Assembly (NCBI GenBank): GCA_029858305.1
Contig: JAOUFI010000020.1
Coordinates: forward strand, 1 to 35,619
Direction of reading: 5' to 3'
DNA: 35,619 nt
Source of the DNA: Candidatus Thorarchaeota archaeon
Lineage (GTDB): Archaea > Asgardarchaeota > Thorarchaeia > Thorarchaeales > Thorarchaeaceae
Made by a program: the position numbers and the translations under genes
In this document: piece by piece, positions 1-8,631 of the stretch
Numbering within the stretch: position 1 is the stretch's first letter
Layout: the number at the start of each line of letters is the position of its first letter
The notes under the pieces: model-generated
What the model was told of the DNA's origin: nothing
The model's database searches: none
What the model saw: only the letters and a program-made list of their open reading frames with translations

Positions 1-1
1 T

Positions 2-127
2 GACGTGGTGTGTATTGCAGGAACAGGACGAGGTGCCGATACAGCATGGGTGCTACAACCAACAAATACACAATCATTTCCTCAGCTTAAGATGAGAGCA
101 TGTCTCTGCAAACCACTCTCATTCTAA
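2..127 (+). CDS. 3' end (partial) of an archaeal pyruvate-kinase C-terminal alpha/beta-domain-like protein (COG1751/MTH1675-like)
   Basis: Not in the ORF track. Manual translation of frame 2 gives [41 protein letters not shown] (TAA 125-127). The GTGRGADTA and CKP motifs match this family. The frame is open at the window start. Confidence 0.75.
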   Translation, partial: DVVCIAGTGRGADTAWVLQPTNTQSFPQLKMRACLCKPLSF

Positions 128-1161
128 CTGAAAACCTCTGAGAATTTGGATAGGAACTCCTTCTGTTCCTTTGTTGGTTTTTTCGGAACTTGAATCTTGA
201 CGCGCACCAACTGGTCACCTCTACGACCATCTTCAGCATGAACGCCCTTGTGTTTCATTCGAAACAGGGTTCCGCCTTCAGTGCCAGAATTAACCTTCAT
301 CTTGCTTAATCCTCTCATAGTTGGTACTTCAACCTCACCGCCCAGTACTGCAACAGAGAAGGGTATCTCATGTTCCATATAGACATGTAGACCACGTCTA
401 ACAAATATGTCATGAGTTGCTACATTGAACATGACAATTAGATCGCCAAAAGGTCCACGTCGTGCTCCAGCATTTCCACCACCAGAAATTCGAATTCCTT
501 GGCCATCTTCTACACCAGGAGGAATTGGTAATTTAATCTCTCGTCGCTCTGTCTGAAGTCCTTGACCTCTGCAACTTGGACAAGGAGTATCGATAGATTC
601 GCCTAATCCACCGCATGTGGGACAAGTTTGTGCAACACTCAAAAATCCCATTGAACGCGCGATTTGACCTTGACCACGACAAGTTGGACATGTCTTTGGT
701 GAGCTTCCAGGGGCAGCCCCGGAACCCTTGCAGGTCTCACAATGTATCTTTCTGTTGAAAGCCAATTCCTTCTCAACACCGAAGAATGCCTCTTCAAAGG
801 TCAGGTTAATCGAAATCCTGAGAGTTTGACCTGCTGCAGGCCCGGTTGGCCCACCTCTTCCACCAAATCCACCGAATCCACCAAAACCTCTAAAGATGGA
901 GCTAAAGATGTCCCCGAAACCTTCCATGTCGATGCCCTGCTCATCGGCAGTTCCCCAGCGATCATATCTTGTACGTTTGTCAGGGTCTCCAAGGACACCA
1001 TATGCTTCGTTGATGGTCTTCAATTTCTCTTCAGCAGACTTGTCATTTGGATTTCTATCCGGGTGGTATTTCTTGGCTAAAGTGCGATATGCTTTCTTAA
1101 TCTCATCTTGGGTTGCATTTCTCCCAACTCCAAGAATGTCATAATAATCATCCTCAGCCAA
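124..1161 (-). CDS. dnaJ: Chaperone DnaJ
   Basis: J domain (DYYDILGV...YHPDRN), G/F-rich linker, four CxxCxGxG repeats and C-terminal domain. TTG at 1161 follows GAGGTGG; the track starts at GTG 1170. Confidence 0.97.
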   Translation of the reverse strand: MAEDDYYDILGVGRNATQDEIKKAYRTLAKKYHPDRNPNDKSAEEKLKTINEAYGVLGDPDKRTRYDRWGTADEQGIDMEGFGDIFSSIFRGFGGFGGFGGRGGPTGPAAGQTLRISINLTFEEAFFGVEKELAFNRKIHCETCKGSGAAPGSSPKTCPTCRGQGQIARSMGFLSVAQTCPTCGGLGESIDTPCPSCRGQGLQTERREIKLPIPPGVEDGQGIRISGGGNAGARRGPFGDLIVMFNVATHDIFVRRGLHVYMEHEIPFSVAVLGGEVEVPTMRGLSKMKVNSGTEGGTLFRMKHKGVHAEDGRRGDQLVRVKIQVPKKPTKEQKEFLSKFSEVFS

Positions 1162-1185
1162 GAATTCCACCTCTTCTTTTAGATA

Positions 1186-3075
1186 CTACTCGAGATCTTC
1201 AAAATCGACATCAACAACATCCTCATCAGATGTGTCGTTCTCTTTCGATCCTTTCTTGGTTTTCTTGCCTGCCATTTGGGAAGGATCAAATCCTCCCATT
1301 TGGGATGGATCAAAACCCGCTCCGCCGGGCTGAGCTCCAGGACCAGCAGAGCCATAGACCTTTTCTGAAATCTTGAAGATAATCTGCTGAAGTTCTTCTG
1401 TACCAGATTTCATCTTCTCATAATCATTTGCTTCGATAGCCTTTCTGACTTCTTCAGATTTGGTTTCAAGCTCCTTCCTTAAATCTGCAGGAACCTTGTC
1501 TCCCATATCCTTGACAAGTTTCTCTCCTTGATAGACCATTTGATCAGCATTATTCTTCGCTTCAATCTGAGCTGTCCGTTTCGCATCTTCCTCAGCATAT
1601 TTCTCGGCATCCTTCACCATTCGTTCTACATCAGAATCAGACAGGTTCGTAGTAGCGGTAATGGTTATTGATTGTTCATTGCCTGTAGCCATGTCCTTTG
1701 CCTTCACATTGACAATGCCATTGGCATCAATATCAAAAGTCACCTCAATCTTTGGAACACCTCGGGGCGCTGGTGGAATACCAATGAGTTGGAACTGACC
1801 AAGAGTCATATTATCGGCAGCCATCTTACGCTCTCCCTGAGTCACGTGAATGTCAACAGCGGTCTGATTATCGGCTGCTGTAGAGAAAATCTTGCTCTTC
1901 GAGATTGGGATGGTTGTGTTACGTTCAATCAATGGTGTTGAGATTCCTCCCAATGTTTCAATTCCTAACGTCAGGGAAGTCACATCAAGGAGGACAATTT
2001 CCTTTGTGTCACCAGTAAGAACACCTGCTTGAGCTGCTGCTCCAAGAGCCACAACCTCATCAGGATTGATAGTCTTATCACCTTCCTTCCCAAACATTGC
2101 TCGAACGGTGTTCTGAATCATAGGCATCCGTGTAGCCCCACCAACAAGCAAGATCTTATTCACCTGTTCAGGTTCCATCTTTGCATCACTAAGAGCCCGT
2201 CGAATTGGACCAATAGTCGCCTGAACTAGATCGTCTGTCATCTTCTCAAACTGCGAACGAGTGATTTCTAGATTGATGTGCTTTGGACCACTTTGGTCGG
2301 CTGTAATGTATGGTAGGTTAATCGTTGTTTGCATCACTGTAGAAAGCTCGATTTTAGCTTGCTCAGATGCATCACGTAAACGTTGCATTGCTGATAGGTC
2401 CTTTGTGATATCAACGCCTGATGTTTTCTTGAACTCGCTCACAACCCAATCGATGATTCGCTTGTCCCAATCATCTCCACCGAGCTGGGTGTTTCCGCTA
2501 GTTGATAGTACCTCATAGACATCTTGGCCAATATCCAGAATAGATACATCAAATGTACCACCACCCAGGTCATATACAAGAATCTTAGATTCCTCTTGCT
2601 TATCCATTCCATACGCAAGAGCTGAAGCCGTGGGTTCGTTCACAATACGTAGAACTTCAAGTCCAGCGATTTTGCCTGCATCTTTAGTTGCTTGGCGTTG
2701 ACTATCATTGAAATAGGCAGGGACAGTAATCACTGCTTGTTTAATAGGCTCGCCCAAGAATGCCTCAGCATCGCGTTTCATCTTGGTTAGAATCATAGCG
2801 GAGATTTCCTGAGGTGAATATTCTTTACCACCAATCTTTACCTTGTAGTCTTGTCCCATCTTTCGCTTGATCGATCGTACAGTCCTATCCGGCATTGACA
2901 CAGCTTGCCGCTTAGCAAGCTCACCTACAACAATCTCACCCTTAGGAGTAATCCCTACAACTGAGGCGGTGAGGCGTTGTCCTTCTGCGTTTGGAATCAT
3001 TGTTGGTTTTCCTGCCAACATGTATGCTATGCCACTATTAGTGGTTCCAAGATCGATACCTACAACTTTTGCCAT
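1186..3075 (-). CDS. dnaK: Chaperone DnaK (Hsp70), archaeal/Gram-positive type without the N-terminal insertion
   Basis: [35 protein letters not shown] and [19 protein letters not shown] motifs. Confidence 0.98.
   Translation of the reverse strand: MAKVVGIDLGTTNSGIAYMLAGKPTMIPNAEGQRLTASVVGITPKGEIVVGELAKRQAVSMPDRTVRSIKRKMGQDYKVKIGGKEYSPQEISAMILTKMKRDAEAFLGEPIKQAVITVPAYFNDSQRQATKDAGKIAGLEVLRIVNEPTASALAYGMDKQEESKILVYDLGGGTFDVSILDIGQDVYEVLSTSGNTQLGGDDWDKRIIDWVVSEFKKTSGVDITKDLSAMQRLRDASEQAKIELSTVMQTTINLPYITADQSGPKHINLEITRSQFEKMTDDLVQATIGPIRRALSDAKMEPEQVNKILLVGGATRMPMIQNTVRAMFGKEGDKTINPDEVVALGAAAQAGVLTGDTKEIVLLDVTSLTLGIETLGGISTPLIERNTTIPISKSKIFSTAADNQTAVDIHVTQGERKMAADNMTLGQFQLIGIPPAPRGVPKIEVTFDIDANGIVNVKAKDMATGNEQSITITATTNLSDSDVERMVKDAEKYAEEDAKRTAQIEAKNNADQMVYQGEKLVKDMGDKVPADLRKELETKSEEVRKAIEANDYEKMKSGTEELQQIIFKISEKVYGSAGPGAQPGGAGFDPSQMGGFDPSQMAGKKTKKGSKENDTSDEDVVDVDFEDLE
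1272..1319. repeat. Two-copy 24-bp tandem repeat in the dnaK tail encoding GFDPSQM twice
   Basis: ccatttgggaaggatcaaatcctc followed by ccatttgggatggatcaaaacccg. Confidence 0.8.
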
Positions 3076-3089
3076 TATGATTCACTTTC

Positions 3090-3689
3090 CTATTCTGCTG
3101 TTTTATTTTCCTCATCGACTGTATCATTATTAGAAGATTCATGTCTATTTACGCAAACAATAGCAGGTCTCAAGACTTTCTCTTTAAGCATGTATCCAAC
3201 TTGATATTCCTCGGAAATAATCCCGTCAGGCCTCTTAGGATCGTTCTGTGTGCCCACAGCATGTTGATAGTAAGGATCGAATTGTTTTCCAACGGATTCG
3301 ATAGGTCTGACTCCTTCGATTGTCAATAGTTTATCCATCTGTTGGCGAATAGCCTGAATACCTTCCTTTGCTCCCTTTGGATCCTTGCTGAAATCAATGC
3401 CAAGAGCGCGTATCAGATTGTCATAGACATCCAATATTTTGAGAAGAATGCCCTCACTGGCAAATTTGGCTGCATCTGAGAAGCGTGCATCCATTCGTTT
3501 CCGGTAGTTATCAAACTCAGCTTGGAGCCTTTGTAACCTGTCAAAGAGTTCCTTAGACTTCTGGCATTCTTCTTCAAGATGTTCCTCAATTGGACTCTCA
3601 GGTATAAGTTCAATGACTTCTTCAGAATCGAGACCTTCATCAGACAGATCAATATCTGTCTCATGTTTCTCATTCTCTTTGTCAGACAT
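3090..3689 (-). CDS. grpE: Nucleotide exchange factor GrpE
   Basis: RLQAEFDNYRKR, FDPYYQHAV and GYMLKEKVLRPAIV motifs; first gene of grpE-dnaK-dnaJ. Confidence 0.96.
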   Translation of the reverse strand: MSDKENEKHETDIDLSDEGLDSEEVIELIPESPIEEHLEEECQKSKELFDRLQRLQAEFDNYRKRMDARFSDAAKFASEGILLKILDVYDNLIRALGIDFSKDPKGAKEGIQAIRQQMDKLLTIEGVRPIESVGKQFDPYYQHAVGTQNDPKRPDGIISEEYQVGYMLKEKVLRPAIVCVNRHESSNNDTVDEENKTAE

Positions 3690-3742
3690 GCCAAGTTCAC
3701 TCTGCCTATTTTTGCGTAATGTTGACTAGCAGGAATGTACAG

Positions 3743-3869
3743 AAAGGGAACCGACACATTGGTCGGTCGGGGACTGACTCCTTGACCACAGTTCCCCTTG
3801 ATGACTCAGGCCAAACCTTATTCATTTGTAGAAAAACCTTTCGACAGAGGAATGATATTTAGTCATCAA
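3743..3869. promoter_or_regulatory. Divergent grpE/sirtuin promoter region with a structured grpE leader and a 9-bp inverted repeat
   Basis: Nested complementary stems at 3743-3799. TTGATGACT (3798-3806) and AGTCATCAA (3861-3869) flank a minus-strand BRE/TATA-like GAAAGGTTTTTCTA (~3829-3842). Confidence 0.45.
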
Positions 3870-3911
3870 TAGAAAACATCATCTAGTGGGAATAAACGAG
3901 TGTAGAACAAC

Positions 3912-4658
3912 ATGACAATCGATTGCAACATAGAGAGAGCCCGAGATTTGATATCAAAAGCGAAGAGAATTTCAGCTTTGACGGGTGCAGGTATTAGTGT
4001 TGACTCAGGTATCCCAGATTTTAGATCAGAAGGAGGTCTGTGGAAACGATTTGATCCTCATGAATACGCCACCCTAGATAGTTTCATGGGTAATCCCACC
4101 AAGTTTTGGACAATGGGGCGTGAGCTCGCTGAAACCATAATCAAAGCTGAACCAAATGCAGCACACCTTGCTCTAGCAAAGCTTGAGGATTTGGGCAAAC
4201 TCAGTGGGATTATCACTCTGAATATTGATAACCTCCACCAATTAGCAGGCAATAAGAGAGTAATTGAATTGCACGGCAATTACCTCAGAGCATACTGCAT
4301 TGAGTGTAAGATGGAGTATTTTGGCAAGGAGGTACATCAGAGAGTCGCTCAAGGAGAAATACCACCAAAATGCGATAAATGCGGTGGAGTACTGAAATCA
4401 GAGGCAACTCTATTCGGGGAACCTCTTCCAGAAGAACCTATGGAAGACGCGATTTCATTATGCCGTGACATAGACCTTTTACTTGTCATAGGAACGAGTC
4501 TAACCGTCTATCCTGCAGCATTTCTTCCTCAGTTAGCTAAAAACTCTGGTGCAGAAGTGATTCTTATCAATCTCGATGGTACGAATAAAGATAATGTCGC
4601 TGATATTGTGGTAAAGGGCAGAGCTACGGAGATTGTCCCTCTAATCACGGAATGTTAG
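3912..4658 (+). CDS. cobB: NAD-dependent protein deacylase (Sir2/CobB family)
   Basis: GAGISVDSGIPDFRS, NIDNLH, ELHGN, Zn site CIEC...CDKC, FGEPL and GTSLTVYPAA. Confidence 0.93.
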   Translation: MTIDCNIERARDLISKAKRISALTGAGISVDSGIPDFRSEGGLWKRFDPHEYATLDSFMGNPTKFWTMGRELAETIIKAEPNAAHLALAKLEDLGKLSGIITLNIDNLHQLAGNKRVIELHGNYLRAYCIECKMEYFGKEVHQRVAQGEIPPKCDKCGGVLKSEATLFGEPLPEEPMEDAISLCRDIDLLLVIGTSLTVYPAAFLPQLAKNSGAEVILINLDGTNKDNVADIVVKGRATEIVPLITEC

Positions 4659-4983
4659 TAATCGTAAATCCAAACCAACTATACACTCCAAGGCCACCCG
4701 GGATAATAATCACGGAGAGGAAGACTGTTACTACACCGAGTAAGTAGTAATTATTATCCATCATCCAGAGTCCAAGATATGTGAAAGCATAAGACACAAC
4801 ACATGCCGTAAATCCTAATACAATCACAGCGGGCAGAGGAATTACAATCAAGAAAAAGCCGCCTATTTGGGTCCATAGCAAACCCACATTCAACATTGCA
4901 AAGAATCCTCGAACAGATATATAGACGATAATCGATACAAGAATTCCAATCTGTGCAAATGAAATACGAGCAGGTAGACTCAT
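4645..4983 (-). CDS. Hypothetical membrane protein (112 aa, 3-4 TM helices)
   Basis: Strongly hydrophobic ORF that fills the gap and overlaps the sirtuin stop convergently. Confidence 0.7.
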   Translation of the reverse strand: MSLPARISFAQIGILVSIIVYISVRGFFAMLNVGLLWTQIGGFFLIVIPLPAVIVLGFTACVVSYAFTYLGLWMMDNNYYLLGVVTVFLSVIIIPGGLGVYSWFGFTITNIP

Positions 4984-5077
4984 GATGGAATCACATTCCT
5001 GAGATGTAAATACTATTTACACTTATCTGATGCTTGCATCACCGGACATCTTAAACGTGATATTATATAATGCAACC

Positions 5078-6052
5078 ATGATGAGCGACATCATTTGGAA
5101 ATTGACAGCACTTGGGCAATTAGCGCTACTTTTGGAAGCCAGTGCCCCCAAACCAGGGAATGTGAACCGCAGCGCTCGTTTCTCCGACACGGATTACAGA
5201 CACTTCTTAACAAGTGCTTCAATGATGTCTAGAGGTCTTAACAGATGTGCGTTTCAAGGTATTAAGTTGGGGACTAATCAATTGGCTCCGGAAGAGGTGT
5301 CTCTGGGTGAGTTGATTGAAACTTGTGTGTTAGATTCATTGAACGGTTTAAATCAGAGAAATACAATCCTCGGATCTATTCTTTTGTATGTTCCATTAAC
5401 TGTATCAATGGCTGCAAGCCTAGTCAACAATCTACAGTTCTCGGTAGAGGATATTAGTAGCTGGCTTAAAATCGTCATCCAAAATGCGACTGTAGAAGAC
5501 ACTGTAGGACTTTATAGAGCCTTCATCCGTTCTACACCAGGGGGTCATAAAATCAAGGAGGCACCAGAATGGTCCGATGCCCATAGACGGTATGATTTTG
5601 ATAATCCTAATGTGTTTGACAACATCAGGGAAGACAATCTCAAACTTGTCGAACTCTTCAGGATGTCTTCTAATGTTGATGAGATAAGTCAAGAGTATGC
5701 CAACAATTTCAAATCAATTCTAGGAGAGGTCTACCCTTTCATTGCCGCGATATCTCACTCATTGGAAGATTTAGAAGAAGCAATTGTAAGAGCCTTTGTC
5801 TGGCTCTTATCAAAACGTCCTGACGGATTGATTATCAAGAAAGCTGGAAGAGCGCGAGCTGAAGAAGTTAGAGCATTAGCTGAGTCAGCTATGAGGGACT
5901 GGTCAGAAACCTGCGGGCCTGAAGAGTTAATTGTTAAACTAGACGAGGCTCTCAGACAGGAAGGAAATCTTCTAAATCCTGGAACAACTGCTGATATTAT
6001 TTCAACTGCTATCTTCTGTAGATTGGTGAGTCTCACATATCCAGAGAGCTAG
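5078..6052 (+). CDS. citG: Triphosphoribosyl-dephospho-CoA synthase family protein (archaeal CitG-like)
   Basis: LEASAPKPGNV, NTILG, PDGLI and NPGTTAD motifs. The start is likely ATG 5078; the track starts at 5030. Confidence 0.88.
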   Translation: MMSDIIWKLTALGQLALLLEASAPKPGNVNRSARFSDTDYRHFLTSASMMSRGLNRCAFQGIKLGTNQLAPEEVSLGELIETCVLDSLNGLNQRNTILGSILLYVPLTVSMAASLVNNLQFSVEDISSWLKIVIQNATVEDTVGLYRAFIRSTPGGHKIKEAPEWSDAHRRYDFDNPNVFDNIREDNLKLVELFRMSSNVDEISQEYANNFKSILGEVYPFIAAISHSLEDLEEAIVRAFVWLLSKRPDGLIIKKAGRARAEEVRALAESAMRDWSETCGPEELIVKLDEALRQEGNLLNPGTTADIISTAIFCRLVSLTYPES

Positions 6053-6234
6053 CCAAGAATACCACCGTAGATAATAATAGCTAAAATGAACAAGATTATT
6101 GATGATGGGATTAGCATGATCTTCCCCTCATTTCGTTTAACTAGCCTACTCTCCTTGTTCGGTCCAAGCAAAAATCCCAGCAGAAGGATGATGCCCAAAG
6201 CAATCATAAATACTACAAGTCCCTCATGAGCCAT
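6049..6234 (-). CDS. Small hypothetical membrane protein (61 aa, two TM helices with a basic loop)
   Basis: Two hydrophobic segments around NKESRLVKRNEGK; ATG start; convergent 4-nt overlap with citG. Confidence 0.75.
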   Translation of the reverse strand: MAHEGLVVFMIALGIILLLGFLLGPNKESRLVKRNEGKIMLIPSSIILFILAIIIYGGILG

Positions 6235-6362
6235 GTTGATTCACTTGAAACTCGACATCTGTTTGTGGATATTAACATAGTCATCATATTTGTATATAAA
6301 AAAGGAAATTCAGAAACAGAAACCACTATGAGAGAAACGGGTGCGCGATCGGAAGTAAAGGT

Positions 6363-6629
6363 CTAGACAAGAACCTGTCTAAAGACATGTTCAAATCTTG
6401 TCCGAAGTTCTCTTGCACGGTCCATATCAGCTGCGTATAGAGGCTGACGCATGTCATTGAGATTAGGAATCTTTGTGCACAGTTTTTGGCCCATAAGTTT
6501 CCTTAGTGCAAAGCTCACGGTTCGAGGTGCAAGGTCGACTCTGTTGCTAATCGCTTTTGGCGTCATTGGCCCTTCTGAGGTTAGTCGGTCCAAAACAATA
6601 ATTGCACTACGAGGAAGTTCAATAGACAT
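6363..6629 (-). CDS. Small winged-helix transcriptional regulator (MarR/ArsR-like)
   Basis: GPMTPKAISNRVDLAPRTVSFALRKL helix-turn-helix and an NLNDMRQPLY wing (DxR motif). Confidence 0.85.
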   Translation of the reverse strand: MSIELPRSAIIVLDRLTSEGPMTPKAISNRVDLAPRTVSFALRKLMGQKLCTKIPNLNDMRQPLYAADMDRARELRTRFEHVFRQVLV

Positions 6630-6953
6630 TTGCTTTGTACCATCCCTGAACTAATCGGGTCTTTCTGTTCCCCACTTTTATGTATATTCATCGCAATATA
6701 AGAGATAAGGTCACAGCATAATGACTCAAATATGGGTAGTAACTCAAATCTGAATATTAATCTTTTCAAGTCAAGAAATATTCAATCAATTCCTCCAATC
6801 CACTTGCACAGATGGCTATCGCAATTGATGAAAATATATGAGGCGGCGCCTAAGCATTTACTATTGAACATCCTGAACAAATCACGTCATATGTAGTAGC
6901 ATTCAAAATGTGGAGATGTATATTCAGAAATCCATTGAGCGCCGGTGGTGAGT

Positions 6954-7940
6954 ATGTTGAAGAAACGTGTTTTCGTTACTAGAAAAATACCAAGTGAAGG
7001 ATTGGACATAATAAATCAAGAATTCCATACATCTGTATGGCCCGATGAATTTCCACCATCAAAGGAAGAGATTGTCGATATGGCAACCGATTGTGAAGGT
7101 ATGGTGACACTGTTATCTGATCCAATTGGAGCTGATGTCATTGACCAACTGCCAAACCTGAAAGTGATAGCACAATATGCTGTTGGCTATGATAATATCG
7201 ACGTGAAATATGCGACGCAGAAAGGAATTATCGTAACAAATACGCCTGGAGTTCTAACTGAAACTACTGCAGATTTGACTTGGGCTTTAATCATGTCAGC
7301 ATCAAGAAGAATTGTAGAGGCGGACAGGTATGTGAGAGAGGGACATTGGAAAGTTGCGTGGGGGCCAGAACTCCTTCTCGGTTCTGATGTTTTTGGTGCA
7401 ACGATAGGAATAGTGGGAATGGGGAGGATTGGAAGAGCTGTTGCTAGACGTGCAGCTGGTTTCAACATGAAGATACTCTACACCGCCCGGTCTGTTCAAG
7501 ATAGGGATTCAGAGGTCGCTGAGCAATTGGGCGCACAACGAGTTGATTTGAATACTCTTCTTAAAGCCTCAGAAATTGTGACACTTCATGTTCCACTTAC
7601 ATCAGACACAACACACCTCATAGGTAAGTCTGAACTAGCAATGATGAAGCCAGGATCGATCCTTATTAATACGTCAAGAGGACCCGTTGTAGATGAAGAT
7701 GCTCTATATCAAGCTCTTCTGACAAAGCAGCTCGGAGCCGCAGGACTTGATGTCTTCACCGAAGAACCTATCAGATTGGACAGTCCGCTTCTCCAACTTG
7801 CAAATGTCGTGCTTGCTCCACATATAGGAAGTGCAAGCACTCGTACTCGATCAACAATGGCTAAGATGTGTGCTGAGAATCTCCATGTGGCCTTATCAGG
7901 CGCAAAGCCTCCAAATATTGTGAATCCAGAGGTGTTGTGA
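6954..7940 (+). CDS. gyaR: D-2-hydroxyacid dehydrogenase, glyoxylate reductase-like
   Basis: AVGYDNID, NTPGVLTETTAD, GMGRIG, INTSRG, LDVFTEEP and PHIGSA. ATG at 6954; the track starts at 6945. Confidence 0.9.
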   Translation: MLKKRVFVTRKIPSEGLDIINQEFHTSVWPDEFPPSKEEIVDMATDCEGMVTLLSDPIGADVIDQLPNLKVIAQYAVGYDNIDVKYATQKGIIVTNTPGVLTETTADLTWALIMSASRRIVEADRYVREGHWKVAWGPELLLGSDVFGATIGIVGMGRIGRAVARRAAGFNMKILYTARSVQDRDSEVAEQLGAQRVDLNTLLKASEIVTLHVPLTSDTTHLIGKSELAMMKPGSILINTSRGPVVDEDALYQALLTKQLGAAGLDVFTEEPIRLDSPLLQLANVVLAPHIGSASTRTRSTMAKMCAENLHVALSGAKPPNIVNPEVL

Positions 7941-8471
7941 ATGACTCATAATTGTGTCAAAGAAATTCAAGAGCGACAGTCTATTAGACGATTCTCAAAA
8001 GAACCTATTCCTGAGAAAATCATCGAAGAGATTCTCACGACAGGTTTCAGTGCTCCAAGTGCTGGAAATCGACAACCCTGGAGGGTGGTCAAAGTTACCA
8101 CTCAAGAGTTGAAAGATAAATTGGCGTTGGCAGCTGGAGGCCAGACCTTTCTTGCACGCGCTCCGGTTGTCTTCGTAGTATGTGCTGTTCCTCAGGAATC
8201 CGCAGACAGATATGGTGAAAGAGGTTTCACACTCTACGCACTCCAAGACACTGCCGCACTAGTAGAGAATATTCTCCTGGCAGTTCATTTTCTGGGGTAT
8301 GCCTCTTGTTGGATTGGTGCATTTAACGAATCAGAGGTTGTACATGTTCTTAATGTACCAACAGGGATTCGTCCTGTAGCCATCCTTCCGGTTGGAATGA
8401 TGGAAGGAAAACGTCCACCAAAACCAGCTCGAAGAGCGATAAAGGATGTCATCATCAAAGAATCGTTTTAG
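7941..8471 (+). CDS. Nitroreductase family flavoprotein
   Basis: RQSIRRF, APSAGNRQPW and LGYASCWIGAF motifs; abuts the gyaR stop. Confidence 0.92.
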   Translation: MTHNCVKEIQERQSIRRFSKEPIPEKIIEEILTTGFSAPSAGNRQPWRVVKVTTQELKDKLALAAGGQTFLARAPVVFVVCAVPQESADRYGERGFTLYALQDTAALVENILLAVHFLGYASCWIGAFNESEVVHVLNVPTGIRPVAILPVGMMEGKRPPKPARRAIKDVIIKESF

Positions 8472-8570
8472 AAGATCAAAGTTTCAGAGATTACCTTTCT
8501 CAAATGAGGAATTTATCATCAGAATCTTTTTCGTCATTCAATAAAGTATAGTTATTCATCATGATAGTGA

Positions 8571-8603
8571 CAAAAAAAGAAGGGGGAGGGGGCAAAAGCC
8601 CCC
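8571..8603 (-). terminator. Hairpin plus pyrimidine/U tract terminator downstream of the 1610-aa protease
   Basis: Minus strand reads GGGGGC-UUUU-GCCCCC then UCCCCCUUCUUUUUUU, starting ~30 nt after the stop. Confidence 0.8.
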
Positions 8604-8631
8604 AAATTATACTAAAGCTACATCACTAGAC

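Noticed and set aside
742-3329. Multiple plus-strand ORFs antisense to dnaJ/dnaK/grpE
   Set aside because: Shadow ORFs of conserved genes; antisense frames opposite dnaK are a known artefact, and they contain no motifs.
3773-3806. CTGA and TGATGA motifs suggesting a box C/D sRNA, hammerhead ribozyme or SECIS
   Set aside because: The boxes are in the wrong order for a C/D guide, there is no CUGANGA...GAAA core, and no SECIS helix or nearby in-frame TGA.
3912-4658. Sirtuin as an anti-phage SIR2 effector
   Set aside because: It is a canonical Zn-binding CobB-type deacylase with no defence partner genes nearby.
7938-7943. In-frame TGA-ATG junction between gyaR and the nitroreductase (possible selenocysteine or readthrough fusion)
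   Set aside because: Both proteins are complete, the TGA does not align to a Cys position, GAGGTG precedes the ATG, and I saw no SECIS-like element. Simple translational coupling is more likely.
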